Part shown: positions 12,841-26,981 of the stretch, one piece after another
Layout: each line of letters opens with the position of its first letter
How positions within the stretch are numbered: the stretch's first letter is position 1
NCBI GenBank assembly: GCA_964016885.1
Contig: OZ024757.1
Span: 34,472,001-34,536,000 of the forward strand
Length of the DNA: 64,000 bases
Direction of reading: 5' to 3'
DNA from: Eledone cirrhosa
Lineage: Eukaryota
The notes under the pieces: generated by a model
The model's database searches: none
What the model saw: only the letters and a program-made list of their open reading frames with translations
Told to the model about the DNA's origin: nothing
Made by a program: the position numbers and the translations under genes

Positions 12841-13002
12841 CATGAGATAAACAAACAGCCAGCTATTATACAGTGATTACTGTAATCAGGTTATCATCCA
12901 TTTTACCATCTATTTACAGCTAGATTACTTGAGCCATTGACTTTGACACGAATACAAACATACCAGCTACAACACTCCATCATTATTACTAACGTTGGTT
13001 GT

Positions 13003-13255
13003 AATCATCATCATTACCATCATCATCATCCTTATCACCACCATTATCACCATCATCATCATCATTACCATCATCATCATTATCATTATCATCATCATCA
13101 CCATCATCGTTACCTTCATAATCATTATCACCACTGTCATCATCACCATCATTATCATCATCACCATCACTATTACCATCATCATTATCATCATCACCAT
13201 CATTATCATCATTATTACCATCATTATCATCATCGCCATCATATCATCATCCTTA
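13003..13255. repeat. (CAT/CAC/TAT)n trinucleotide tract
   Basis: Directly visible. Confidence 0.95.
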
Positions 13256-13949
13256 TCAACACCCTGCAGTCTACAGATAACACTTTCTTCCCAAACACAG
13301 TTGTAATTTACTTTGCTTCATATTTATTTTGCTACAGGCCTGGTCATGTTAACTCATGACAAGGTCTTAGACTTTTAGCTATATCAGGGGCCCCACCAGT
13401 GTTTCAATCTTTCACCTCACTACAGCTGACAGCTTGAACTAGGCTCCCTTTGACACTTCAATCTTACACCCCATTACAGCTGACAACTTGTGCTGTATTA
13501 ACCCAAGGCTGAAGCCCCTTTGGCATTTCAATCTTACACCCCATTACAGCTGACAGCTTGGGCTGTATTAACCCAAGACAGGACTCCCTAGGCATTTAGG
13601 TATTTCTGGCAAAAAAAAAAAAATGAAATAAAATAAAAATGATGGGCTCCTAAAATTATAATTTTAATAAACCTTTCCTAAATCTTTCATGTAATTAAAA
13701 TACAAAGTATCACATTAGAAATACAGCAGCAGAAAGGTTAAACTCCTTCAATGAAACAAACCCTACCCCATCCTAGTATCTTATTTCGAGGTGTTGGTAT
13801 TTGGATACAGTTCTCAACTACCTGGAGAGTTCCTACTTAAATTAAAACCTTCCTACATAATATTAAGTAAGTGGTATTTTGTTTTTCTAGCGAATTATTC
13901 ACTCTTCATGTTTTCTTTATATAAAATATCTTTTTGCTGTAATTTTGAA

Positions 13950-14150
13950 ATAATTGTTTCTAGTTTTGGCACAAGGCCAACAATTTTTTGGGGAGGAGCA
14001 AGTTGATTAAATTCGCCCCAGTGCATTACTGGTGCTTTATTTTATTGATTCCGTAAGGATGGAAGGCAAAGTTAACCTCAGCGGAATTTGAACTCAAAAC
14101 GTAAGGTGCCATAACTTTATGCCATAATGCATGTTGTCCGATGATCTACC
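13950..14150 (-). mobile_element. tRNA-derived SINE, family A
   Basis: Central domain and B box are present. Confidence 0.8.
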
Positions 14151-14776
14151 AAGATATCTATGTGTCCCCTGATTGACAAATCATTGTACAGAAGAAATTC
14201 TCTTTGTATACAAAATTTCATATAAAAACATTCTATGTTACAAATACCATCTTAAAATTATAATTCTAGTAAATTCTTCCTAAATTAGTCTTCTTCTCCT
14301 TCCTCTTCATCATCATCATCATCATCTTCTTCTTAATATTGTTGTCTTTACTTAAGATTTTCTAGATTGTAGAGAATGGTTTCTGTTTTTTCAACCTTGA
14401 TACTTTCTTAGCTTTTGTCAATTTAGTCTTTATTCTTCACTTTTCTTTACCATATTTCTTATGAAAGACACTGTCCAGGATTTTCAAATAATTTTGAGAG
14501 ATTAAGGAATATAACTAACTTTCTCATTATTAAGCTTGTGTTTAGAATATAACTTTTATCACTGGCTTTATTCCTCTCATCTAGTCAATTCCACCCTTCC
14601 TCGACACATGACCCAACCATCTCATTCCATTTCTTTTGCCAACATTCATCACTGACTCTATTCCTCTCATCCAGTCACTTCCATCCTTCCTCAATGCATG
14701 ACCCAACAATCTAGAGGACTAAAATACCTAAAATCCTACGGGATGTAGCCATGGGCCATTATATAATTCAGCATAA

Positions 14777-14966
14777 GGGCGGTGGATTGGCAGTATTGGT
14801 AGAGGGTCGGACGCCATGCTTTCCAGCATAGTTACGTCCCTTTACGATCTGAGTTCAAATCCCGCCGAGGTTGACTTTGCCTTTCATCCTTATGGGGTCG
14901 ATAAAATAAAGTACCAGTAATGCACTGGGTAATTTGCTGGCCTTGTGCCTAAAGTAGAAACAATTA
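14777..14966 (+). mobile_element. tRNA-derived SINE, family A (near-intact)
   Basis: gggcggtggattggcagtattggtag...gagttcaaatcccgccgaggttgactttgcctttcatcc...gaaacaatt. Flanked by a direct repeat attatataattcagcata. Confidence 0.9.
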
Positions 14967-15764
14967 TATAATTCAGCATATAGACAGCATTCATTAACTC
15001 TATCCAATCCAGTAAAGACAAATTTGACCCAACACTGTTTGTATTGTTTTTAATCCATATTTTCTCAGGACTTCAGTATTAATTTATTTACTCAGCAACT
15101 TCTAATTTAAACCTGCACTTTTAAGAGATGTGTGAAAACTAGAACATAAAATTGGCTTAAATTAACGTGAAACAGCAACAACAGTAATAAAAATGCCCCC
15201 AAATAACCAACCATTTCTGATTACTGTTAACAATAAGCTGGTTTTGTTAAGATGATAAGCTTAACACTTAGGAAGCTGTATAATTATATTTTTGACAGCT
15301 GAATAATGATGTCTTAATTAGGCATGAAACTTAGTTTTAGTGGAGGGAAAATAGAGGAATTGGTGATATTGGTGATATTGGTACTTTGTTGCAAGGTCAC
15401 AGATGAATTGAGTGAAACACTTCCTAGTGGGTCAGAAACAACAACAGTAATCACAGCATCAACACCAACATCAAGCATAAGTATTGAAAGAGTCACTCAC
15501 TGGGAAGAAAAACTTAACAACCTCCCATCAGTAACAACAATGGAGCTAAAGGCGAGCGAGGCACTGCTCCAGTGTGGAAATGCCTAAACAGACTAAGATC
15601 CGGTGTTGGAGGTGCAAAAGTCATTCTTGCAAGCAACTTCTTGTCAGGACCAACAATCGAGCTAAAAGAAAGCGAGGCACTACCCCCTGGAGCAGATACA
15701 AACTACGCAGTGTGGAAATGCTGAAACAGACTAAGATCTGGTGTTGGACGTGCGAAAGTCACTT

Positions 15765-16115
15765 GTGCCATGACAAAGTAGCACCCAGTCCACCTTGTAA
15801 GGTGGTCATACTGGTGCCATGACAAAGTAGCACCCAGTCCACCCTGTAAGGTGGTCATGTTGGTGCCATGACAAAATAGCACCCAGTCCACCCTGTAAGG
15901 TGGTCATACTGGTGTCATGACAAAATAGCACCCAGTCCACCCTGTAAGGTGGTCATACTGGTGTCATGACAAAATAGCACCCAGTTCACCCTGTAAGGTG
16001 GTCATACTGGTGCCATGACAAAGTAGCACCCAGTCCACCCTGTAAGGTGGTCATGTTGGTGTCACAATAAAAACTACACAGTCCACCCTGTAAGGTGGTC
16101 GTACTGGTGCCATGG
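15765..16115 (+). repeat. 49-bp minisatellite derived from the RTE 3'-UTR unit
   Basis: About 7 units of gtgccatgacaaagtagcacccagtccaccctgtaaggtggtcatactg. Confidence 0.9.
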
Positions 16116-16354
16116 TGTACCTAATCCAGTCAGTGATTGGGGAATATATATATTTATTATTAGCATAGATTAAGAGTTTAAGCAAATAATTTCTGCTTTT
16201 GGTCCAAGTGGGATCATCTGAATCTTATATATATAAAGAATTTGTAGTTGACTTGAAGCATTGTATATGGTATAAAGAATTCAAAGTTGGAAAGCCACGA
16301 CAATGCAGGTTTGGGCAGTAAGAAACAGAGATTGTCCTGATATTTTGAGATTAA

Positions 16355-16570
16355 TTAGTTTGTTCCATGCTTCAGCAACTCTGAGCATGAAAAAATTTCC
16401 CGAAAGTCATGGGAGTTGTGCTGTTTTCTAATTTTGTAAGCATGTCCACAGGTGTTAGACATATGGAATTCAAAAAGGTGCTCAGGGTTGTTGTTGGCAA
16501 GATGGTTAATAATTTTGTAGATATCTACCAAGTCAGTTGCCAGACGTCAGAGTTTTAATGTATCCATCTT
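16355..16570 (-). mobile_element. CR1-type LINE C-terminal fragment
   Basis: Homologous to 28035-28245. Confidence 0.75.
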
Positions 16571-16807
16571 AGAAACATGGTAATGAAAGGGTTAAAGTAT
16601 TTATATTTACCTGAACAACTCTGAGTGTGAAAAAATGTTTCCGAAAGTCATCTCTTATTATACATGAGGAAATATGGTATTTCCTCTAATAATTCTAATG
16701 TAGTGTAAGTTAGAGTTAGTGTCAATATTCTCTAAGTGGTGCAATTTAGGTATAAAATTGTCTGGGCCAACTCTGGATTAAACTGATGTAATGTATAGGA
16801 TACACTG

Positions 16808-17097
16808 TCATCATCATCATCATCACCATCATCTATACCACCACCACCATCATCATCATCCCCATCATCATCACCAGCCTCCTCACCATCCTCCTCCTCC
16901 TCATCATCATCATTGTCATCATCATCATCATCACCACCACCACCACCATCACCACCATCATCATCCTCGCTGCCACCACCACCATCACCACCACCACCAC
17001 GACCACCACGACCACCACCACCACCACAACCACCACCACCACCACCACGACCACGACCACCATCACCACCACCACCATCACCATCATCATCACCATT
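16808..17097. repeat. (CAT)n/(CCA)n tract
   Basis: Directly visible. Confidence 0.95.
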
Positions 17098-18004
17098 ATA
17101 TCTGCTTTCCCTTCCAGCGAAGGTTATGCTATATATGTACAAGAGTTTTTTAGAACATTGGATAGAAATGCTTCATGGCACCCAGTCCGGCTCTCTGAGT
17201 TCAAATCCCACCGAGGTCAGTCTTTTGAGGTCGATAAAACAAAGTACCAGTCTAATACTGAGGTCAATTCTTTCTCTATATCTCTTTCTCATTTACTTTC
17301 TATATCAGCCTCTCACTTTCTTTGAAAGAAATTGGCTATGTTTAGACCTGGAGAAGGGATGGGCAATGCCAGGTTTGAAGTGCTCAACACTTGTTCTATG
17401 TTACTATAGCGCCCCTAACACTCCATCAGGAAGCACAGGTTCATACATATATACACATACATACATACATACGCACACATATATATAAGAAAGAACACAA
17501 CTAGTTAGGAAATTACAAGTACAACCCATTAATGGAACAGTAAAAAAATATATAAAACATACCAAAAGTTTTGCATCTAATAACTGCATATACACATGTA
17601 CAGATACAAAGCATATACACATGGACACATACAACTCAAAACATCCACATCCACACATACAATAACATCCATATCTACACATGCATGCATGCAGACATAT
17701 CTACCTAGTTGATGTTGTGTAAATTCCAATGAGAGAGTCTTGTGTCTGTTAGAAACTGACTCTCTTTATTGGTAAAAATTTGTGAAATTATAAAACTAGA
17801 AGAATATACATACATACATATATATATATATATACATACATATATACATACATGCATAAATATATATATATATATATATACATACATGCATACATTCATA
17901 CATACATACAAACATACACACACACATGCATACATACATGCATAAATATATATATACATACCTGCATACATACATATATTCATACATACATACAAACACA
18001 TACA

Positions 18005-18643
18005 TTATAGCTGCCCCCTCATTATCGAGTATGGCCATTGCACGAGCAAAAAAAAACAACATAATAATAACAAAAATAATAATACTAACAACAATAATAA
18101 TGACAACAACAACAATAATAATATACATCTATATATACACACACACACACAAACATATCTATACACACACACGATAGTAATTAACAGCGCTGCGATCGAA
18201 TGTGGCTTTTTAGCCCAGCCAATGATCTAAAATGTCTTGCACAGAGTCAGCAACCAAAACATTGACTGGGAATAGCCGGCTGTGGTTGGAGTTGATGTAC
18301 TTTTGCATGTCGTTTGAGCCTTCCTACTGATTTACATTCTCTACCACATGATGAGTAGCATCTCCAACAGCAGCCTGGTAGTCAACCAGTGGTCTTACTT
18401 TATGACTACGAAGGTGACTTTCGAGTCCAGCTTTGCTTAGGCAGAGTCTCGCACAGACGCTGCATGTCAGCACCATAGGAGGACCCTCGCCGTCTGGAAG
18501 TGCAACAGCAATGCCCTTCCTCACATCCCGCTTTACTTTCTCGTATGCGATTCGAGATGCCTCAAAGGCAACTTTCCCCTCATATACATTCTTTCTCCAT
18601 TTATTACGATCAGCAGCAACATTTTCCCATGTATCAGCAGAGA
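18005..18643 (-). mobile_element. 5'-truncated BovB-like RTE LINE end with three C2H2 zinc fingers (pseudogenised)
   Basis: ISADTWENVAADRNKWRKNVYEG...CSVCARLCLSKAGLESHLRSH. After a frameshift: CYSSCGRECKSVGRLKRHAKVH...C*LCARHFRSLAGLKSHIRSQ. Tail cgtgcaatggccatactcgataatgagggggcagc at 18045-18010. Confidence 0.8.
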
Positions 18644-18879
18644 TGATACATACATACATACATACACACACACATGCATACAGACATGCATGTTTAAACA
18701 CATGCATACATATACACATACATTCATACATTATTGCGTGTTCACACACATGCATACATATACACAGACATTCGTACATACATGCTCACACACATACACA
18801 CCTGTTCACACATACATGTTCACACACATTCATACATGTTCACACACATTCATGTTCACATGCACACATTCATTCATGT

Positions 18880-18913
<34 letters not shown>

Positions 18914-19802
18914 ACATACCTGTTCACACCCACATATATACATGTTCACACACACACACACCTACATACTTCTTCACACACACATACATACCTCTTCACA
19001 CACACATACACACATGTTCACATCACATACATACCTTTCACATACACACACACATACATACCTCTTCACACACACATACATAGCTGTTCACATATATGTT
19101 CACACTAACACATACACACATGTTCACATCAAATAATACCTTTCACATACACACACATACATGTTCACACACATATACATACCTCTTCACACACACACAC
19201 AAGTATATATGTACATATCTGTTCACACACACATATATACACACCTGTTCACACACACACATATATACACACATGTTCACACACACACACATATATAACC
19301 TATGAAATAGAGGTTCTTGTCAGTAGTAAAAACAGAGGTTATAATGTATGCATGAAATAATTACTCACTATAAGCTTTTAAGACCAATTTGGTTAATAAA
19401 TGTGAGTTAAATATGAATAATTTTCTTGATTAAGCTCCAAGATATTATGGTTTGAGGCTAACTATGACAATTAAGTACCTTTAATATACCTTTAAAAGTG
19501 CAGGTAGCAGTAAAACAAACAAATTAAAAAAAATGGAAAGAAATAACTTAGTTTATCTATAAAAAAAACAACAACCAAAAAATAACAGTACTAACTAGAC
19601 AAAGTAGAGTTACATTGAATATTCAGGTGTCTTTTGTGGTTATAAAAATGGAAAAGGAAGGTAAAGGCAAGGGCTCTAGTGTCAAGTAACCAGGCGAAGG
19701 GGGAGGGTGATGGGCTCTGGGCATGGTGGTATTGAGGCTGCGCCTCGTTAACATGAATGCAAAAGCATTCCCGCAGAAATATTATCGTATTTTCTTCTTT
19801 AA

Positions 19803-19996
19803 CCCTTTAGCATTTACATTACTCTACATTTACTATTATATTTTTGCAGTAAAGGCTTTACCTCACATAATATCGAATCTATGAGATTTTGATATTATTT
19901 TGAGAACAATACCTTAACATCAGTATGAGTGGTCAGTTACAACCAGTTTGAACAGAAAGAGGTGAGAGAATTCTGGCTGGTTTAAATGCTAAAGGG
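19803..19996. mobile_element. piggyBac-type MITE, family P1
   Basis: TTAA TSD with CCCTTTAGCATTTA TIRs. A partial extra right end lies at 20105-20176. Confidence 0.9.
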
Positions 19997-20461
19997 TTAA
20001 TGTAGGTCTCAGGAAGATTCAGAGAACCCAGTATGTGACAAGGCTAGTTCTTTAAGTTACAAGTACAGTCTATATTGTATTTTGGTATAAGTAACTGAGC
20101 AGCCAATTATGGCCAGTTTGAACAGAAAGAGGTGAGAGAATTTTGACTGGATACGGCTGGTTTAAATGCTAAAGGGTTAATTCTTAACATCCTGGAATAA
20201 TTTAGCCAAAAAATATGTCTAAAAACTGGTTTGTTAATTCAAATGTTTATGGTATCTTTACTAGTGGACAGTTGTGAAATTTTGCACTATTAGAGTAAAG
20301 ACTTGTATTTTTGATGTGAAGAAGTCATAGTTTTGTATTTTTCATCAAAGTTTTCTTATGTGGTTTGTTAATTCAAATGTTTATGGTATTTTTACTATTG
20401 GAGAGAGCATTGTGAAAATTTGAATTAAAGATTTGAATTTTTAATGTGATACAGTCATATT

Positions 20462-20656
20462 CAGTGCCAGATTTATCATCATGATTAGGTGTGCTTAAGC
20501 ACAGGGATCTGTTGGCCAAGTGGAGTGAGTGGGGGGGGGGGGGGTTTCCTGATAACTGCCTGTGTAGGCCTACCGGGCCTACCTCCTTCAGGGCCCAAGT
20601 ATGGGACCTCATAACCTAACTAGCACAGAGCCTCATTTGTCCTAAAGCCGGCACTG
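20462..20656. mobile_element. hAT-type MITE
   Basis: TIRs CAGTGCCAGATTTA / TAAAGCCGGCACTG. 8-bp TSD gtcatatt / gtcatagt. Confidence 0.8.
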
Positions 20657-21496
20657 GTCATAGTGCTGTTTTATACTTTTCAACAAAGTTTTGCTGTATG
20701 GTTTGTTAATTCAAATGTTAATAGTATCTTTAGTATTACAGTAAAGATTTAATATTTAATGTGACACAGTCAAAGTTGTGTTTTGTACTTTTCAAAGATG
20801 TCTTATTAATATTGTCTTTTGTGTGGTTTGTTAATTCAAACGTTTATAGTATCTTTACTAGTAGACAGACCAAAATGCATTACTGTACTTATTGTTAATC
20901 CTCACCTTGCCAACACAAGCCACACATCTATCCCTAGCTTCCTGAGTGATGATGATCATCATCATTATCATGATATATATCACATGTTTATTGTCTGTTT
21001 TTTTTAAAAATGTCTTTAAAAGAGCTAAATAAACAGATCTTTACTGTCGGAGCATCCTGTATATGTAATGGCAGGAAGAGTTTTAGTAATCTCATGAAAC
21101 ACTAACTTCTCTTAGGTCACTCGCTACCATGGTGTGTGTTTATGTGTGTTGGGCCTTCTTAATTTTTTATAAGAACCTTGCATTAAGTTACTATCTTAAT
21201 GAATAATTTTAGTAAATCCCCCAAGATTCTTCATTAACTGGTTGAAATAGAGTGTATTTCATTAGAAATATGGGCATGAAACGGTTAAATTATGATGATG
21301 GTAATGATGATAGCAAAAGATTAACAATTTGCAGAAAGAAAAGAAAAAAAAAGAACAAAATCTTCCCCCATTACAACGGGGCGGGGGAGGATACTGAAGT
21401 TTTCCTTTATTAATTTTTGAGGCAAACCAGAACACTTGTGTCATTGTAGCAGGAGATAGTGTCGCAAAAATACTGGAATTACCAAGCACCCACACC

Positions 21497-21789
21497 CAGA
21501 GGTGTAAAGGGGTAGGGCAAGCATGGTACATGCCATGGGTGCCACATGAAGGGGGCGCCACTTGGACTCGGAGCACGTACTGTTAAAGTCAAATAAACCT
21601 CGTCAGAGAGTGAAAAAAGAAACTCTTTCAGATGTATGATCTGTCTCTGTCATGGTTGAGAACACTATGGTGGCTGGATCATTAAACCATTTATGTAAAT
21701 TATTAAACACTCAGATAAAACTACAGTTCTGGGCAGGGGCACAATTTCACTGTTTGCCATAGGCGCTATTTTCCCTAGTTATGCCTCTG
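21497..21789. mobile_element. hAT-type MITE
   Basis: TIRs CAGAGGTGTAA / TTATGCCTCTG. 8-bp TSD cccacacc / ccctcacc. Confidence 0.8.
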
Positions 21790-21943
21790 CCCTCACCTGA
21801 TTCTTCCCTGGGCCCTGGTGATAGCCCTGGTGATAGCCCTTTCATGACATTTGTACATTATTCTATATACTATACATACACCTTTGATAAGTTGCAGTGC
21901 ACCTGAGCACTGTACACAATAATTTTCCTTATTATTATCATCA

Positions 21944-22150
21944 CGGTGGATTGGCAGTATCGGTAGATTGCCAGACACCATGTTTTGCAGCATAGAGTTA
22001 TGGTCCCTTAACATTCTGAGTTCAAATCCCACCGAGGTTAGCTTTGCCTTTCATCCTTACGGGGGTCAATAAAATAAAGTACCAGTAATGCATTGGGGTC
22101 GTTAAATCGACTTTCCCCTCCCCCCCAACTTTCTGGCCTTGTCCCTTTAG
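21944..22150 (+). mobile_element. tRNA-derived SINE, family A (follows a CR1 3' UTR piece at 21840-21940)
   Basis: A/B boxes and central domain are present. Confidence 0.85.
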
Positions 22151-22419
22151 TAGCAATCATTATTATTATAACCACCAGACATGCTAGAATGACAAGCCAA
22201 CAGCAATGTCAGCGGCCGAGGTCCCTCAAACATCACAAACGGTGGCTGGGAAACATATAGTTTACTGATAATTACTGGTATTAGGTTACAAACAGACATG
22301 GATGGAAATTTGTTTAACAGCTGGATTGGTAGGAATCTTTGCATAAATCACTGCAGTGTCTTTGAAGTGGAGTTATGAAGCCCCGTAAACTTCTTTGTGT
22401 ATGTATACAGACAGTGACC

Positions 22420-22439
22420 ATATATATATATATATATAT

Positions 22440-22488
<49 letters not shown>

Positions 22489-22495
22489 TATATAT

Positions 22496-22562
<67 letters not shown>

Positions 22563-22587
22563 TATATATACACACATATATATATAT

Positions 22588-22656
<69 letters not shown>

Positions 22657-22727
22657 TATATATATATATACACACATATATATATATATATATACACACA
22701 CATATATATATATATATATACACACAC

Positions 22728-22758
<31 letters not shown>

Positions 22759-22767
22759 TATATATAT

Positions 22768-22826
<59 letters not shown>

Positions 22827-22851
22827 TATATATACACACATATATATATAT

Positions 22852-22902
<51 letters not shown>

Positions 22903-22909
22903 TATATAT

Positions 22910-22952
<43 letters not shown>

Positions 22953-23057
22953 CATATGTGTGTGCATGTGTATATGTATGTATATATCTATATATATATG
23001 TGTGTGTGCGTGTGTATATATATGTCTGAAGGTATTAGATGTATACATGTGTATATA

Positions 23058-23141
<84 letters not shown>

Positions 23142-23215
23142 CATGTATAAATGTATATATATATATATAGGTTTATATATGTGTATAGATATATATGTAT
23201 ATATATAAATATATA
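22420..23215. repeat. Long (TA)n/(CA)n microsatellite
   Basis: Directly visible. Confidence 0.97.
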
Positions 23216-23631
23216 AACGTGGGTGCGTATGTGTATGTGTGTGTGAATAAGTATGTAAAGTACATCAAAAGGCGATGCAAGAAAATAAATCCAAGAAAAA
23301 CAACAACACAAACCTACAAAATATTAGAAATATTTAGCTGTTGTTTACACACAGAATAATACTAAATCTATGAAACAAGATAAATTCTATAAAGTTGCTT
23401 GTATCTGTTAATTTACTTCAAAAAACTAACAATATGTAAAGTTTAATGTATACTGCCAAGAAATATAGGAAGTACGCTTTTGAAAAGAGATTGTGTATGT
23501 ATATATATGTGTATATAAGTTACATATTATATAAACATATATATATATATAGATGTGTGTGTGTGTGTTTGTGTGTGCTACGTATTACATATATATGATT
23601 TTTATATATATTTATATAATATGTATATATA

Positions 23632-23729
23632 CAGTGTGTCCCAAAAATATATACATACTTCAACAGCGTTCTAATAAATATTGCCTGTACAGGTAATCAA
23701 AGTGTGTATACATTTTTGAGGACCCTCTG
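23632..23729. mobile_element. Tc1/mariner-type MITE
   Basis: TA|CAGTGTGTCCCAAAAAT...ATTTTTGAGGACCCTCTG|TA. The internal sequence is the reverse complement of the 5868 copy. Confidence 0.75.
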
Positions 23730-23740
23730 TATATATATAT

Positions 23741-24050
23741 CATCATCATCATCATCATCAACGTTTAACGTCCGTGTTCCACGCTTGCATGGGTTTGGAC
23801 GGGGGTTTTCCCACTTGAGGCAAGAGTGATTGTCTTGCTCGCATAGGACTGTCTGGCAGGTTTTCTACAGTTGGATGCCCTTCCTAACACCAAGCATATT
23901 TACAGTGTGGGTCTGGGAGGTTTTTACCGTGTTGCCTACACGGCCACATTACAGCGTGGACTGTGTGTTTTTTTGTCGTGACACCTACACGATCTCATTT
24001 GTTTCGGCCTGGATGGTGTGGCACCAACATAACTTTACATAGAAAAAGGG
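23741..24050 (-). mobile_element. 5'-truncated RTE 3' UTR
   Basis: Reverse complement of about 47810-48230, ending in (GAT)n. Confidence 0.9.
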
Positions 24051-24207
24051 GAAGACTAAAATCCGAAGAGGGCTCGATAAGGATTATATATATATAACGG
24101 TGATGATGATATATATATATATATACAGAAACCTGTAGAGCAAATATTTATTATTTATTAAAGAACAGATTAAAGTTTAAGTAAAGAACAGCTGCTTTCA
24201 CCCTTAG

Positions 24208-24426
24208 ACCTTTACCATTCACATTACTCTATATATACTATTATATTTTCATGGTAAAGGCTTTACCTCACATAATATCTCACATAATATCAAATCTATG
24301 AGATTTTGAAAGTATTTATTTTGAGAACAATACCTTAACATCAGTTTGAGCGACCAGTTACAGCCAGTTTCAACAGAAAGAGGTAGAGAATTCTGGCCGG
24401 TTTTGGCTGGTATGAACATTAAAGGG
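24208..24426. mobile_element. piggyBac-type MITE, family P1 (degenerate)
   Basis: The internal sequence matches 19803-19996. Confidence 0.75.
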
Positions 24427-24495
24427 CTAACGGGATTTTGAGATCCCGTTAAGGGTGAAAGCAGTGATTCTTTGCTTAAACTTTAATAAATTATG

Positions 24496-24546
<51 letters not shown>

Positions 24547-25415
24547 CCAAATGTTACATAGATGTTTGTCTTATAATAATATCTATAGTCTACTTTGTTT
24601 AAAGTACATATATATATTTCAATATTGCTATGATGGCTACTGACAATAAACTGGGGCTAATTTACAGCCTTAGGCAGGGCAAGCCCCACCCACAATGGTT
24701 GAGGTCATTCCCCAGAACTGACAGCTTGATGAGTTGTTTGCAACAGCTGTACCTTGTGGTTTAGGAGGTTAGTGGCCTCATACAAAACACAGGGATACAA
24801 TGTAGATATTCTGATAATTTTATGTAAGAACTTTTGTTAAGTTATGTTTCAAACACCAACTTAGTAATGTGGGTGTAGAGTCCTTAAGCACGCTTTCCAG
24901 TAGGCCATGTCAGAAGCACCTGTCTCCAATTGATCAAGCAAAACCAGCCAAGCTCATGAATATTTTATCCAACCATTTTGCTCAAGGTCTACCCTTGGGT
25001 CTCTTGCCGGCTGGTTTTGCTCGTCAAATCTGTCCAGTGATTCTTTCCTTTGACACTCTGACCACGTCTGTTGTATCAGAGTTGTGATCTCTTAATTTGG
25101 AGAAGTAGAGGCTCTCCCTAGTGTGACTCCCTGATTCAACAACAACTAGTTTTCAGAGAGTTTTAATAATCTTAAAAATGTTTATTTTAAATGACAAGTT
25201 TGCAAATATATGTTGGTACAATTGTCTACAAATGGTATTTGATATAACATGGCAATGTTCTTTATTTGAGAATCAGCATAATTGAATATCATTCAACTTG
25301 TAACCATTTTTGGGGATAGTAGGAGGTCTTCAGAAACAAGGTTCATATTACACTCAGAAAAAAAGGAGGGGGCGGGGGTCATATACACACATAAATATTA
25401 AGTATTAATCTTTAA

Positions 25416-25636
25416 CCCTTTAGTAGTTACATTACTCTATATTTACTATTGTATTTTCATAGTAAAGGCTTTATCTCACATAATTATCTCACATAATATT
25501 GAATCTATGAGATTTTGATATTATTTATTTTGAGAACAATACCTTAACATTAGTATGAGTGGCTAGTTATGGCCAGTTTGAACAGAAAGAGGTGAGAGAA
25601 TTCTGGCTGGATATGGCTGGTTTAAATGCTAAAGCG
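25416..25636. mobile_element. piggyBac-type MITE, family P1
   Basis: TTAA|CCCTTTAG...GCTAAAGCG. Confidence 0.85.
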
Positions 25637-25843
25637 TTTAGACATACTGAGTGACCACTCTTTCACAAGGAATATAATTCAGAAGGTATTTTTTTTTTTT
25701 AGAAAATTTATTTCTAAATTTGTCACTGAACAAGGGAAAATTAGGAGAGGGTGGGTGGAAGCATGGCAAGGTCATCCAGTACAAATTCCCCTTCTAAATT
25801 TGAGGTTGCACCATTGCAACTGGTTATGGCCAGTTTAAAAATA

Positions 25844-26032
25844 ATAATTGTTTCTACTTTTGGCACAAGGCCAGCAATTACCCAGTGTATTACTGGTACT
25901 TTATTTTATCGACCCCCGTAAGGATGAAAGGCAAAGTTAACCTCGGCGGGATTTGAACTCAGATCATAAAGGGCCGTAACTCTATGCTCCAAAGCATGGC
26001 GTCCGACCCTCTACCGATACTGCCAATCCACC
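25844..26032 (-). mobile_element. tRNA-derived SINE, family A
   Basis: Near-identical to 354-538. Confidence 0.9.
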
Positions 26033-26981
26033 CACAATAATAATGATAATGAAATTATTGTGTACAGTGCTCAGGTGCACTGCATCTCATCAAAGGTGCA
26101 TGTATAGTACAGAGAATAATGTAGAAATGTCAGGAAAGGGAACAGTGTATGAACAGAAAGAGTTAAGAGAATTCTGGCCGGATATGGCTGGTTTAGATGC
26201 TAAAGGGTTAATGGATGTATAAGATTCTCGTTTATCAGGCAGTTATTGTATTTATAAGAACAAAAATAATAACTGAATAAAGAAGAAGAATTTCATTTAT
26301 CTTAACTTTTATTTCTGGGTTAATATTCCGAAAATAAACCAGAATTATCGGAGAATAGAAAAAGGTGGAAGTGTATGTGTAGTAAAGAGATAGCGCGTGT
26401 GTGTGTGCTTGTGTGTGTGAGTGCTTGTATATGTATTATGCATGTGTGTGTGTGCTTGTATATGTATTATGTATGTGTGGGTGTGCTTGTGTATGTATTG
26501 TGTGTGTATGCTTTTGAGTATTTGTGTATGTATGTAATAAAGTGTGTGTGCTTCTGTATGTATGTATGTATGTGTGTGTGCTTCTGTATATGTGTGTGTG
26601 TGCTTGTATATGTGTGTATGTGTGTGTGTTCTTGTGTATATATATATATGTATGTATGCATGTTTGTGTGTGTACTTGTGTATATATGTGTGTGTGCTTG
26701 TGCATGCATGTATGTATGGGGGTGTGTGCTCATGTATGTATGTGTGTGTCCTTCTGTATATGTGTGTGTGGTGTGCTTGTATATGTATGTGTGTGTTCTT
26801 GTGTATATATATGTATGTATGTGTGTGTGCTTGTGTAGTAAAGAGATAACGGGTTTTAATATCACTTTATTCTTTTTGTATCACACACCAACACGTGTGT
26901 GCGCTAGTGTATGTCTATGTATGAATAAACATGATGTGAATGTTCTTGTGTGTGTGTATGTGTATATATATATATATATAT

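Noticed and set aside
15394-15481. Thr/Ser-rich plus-strand exon candidates (also 1678-1737)
   Set aside because: Splice sites are weak, the low-complexity (ACA) content explains the peptide, and equally plausible acceptors exist on the opposite strand.
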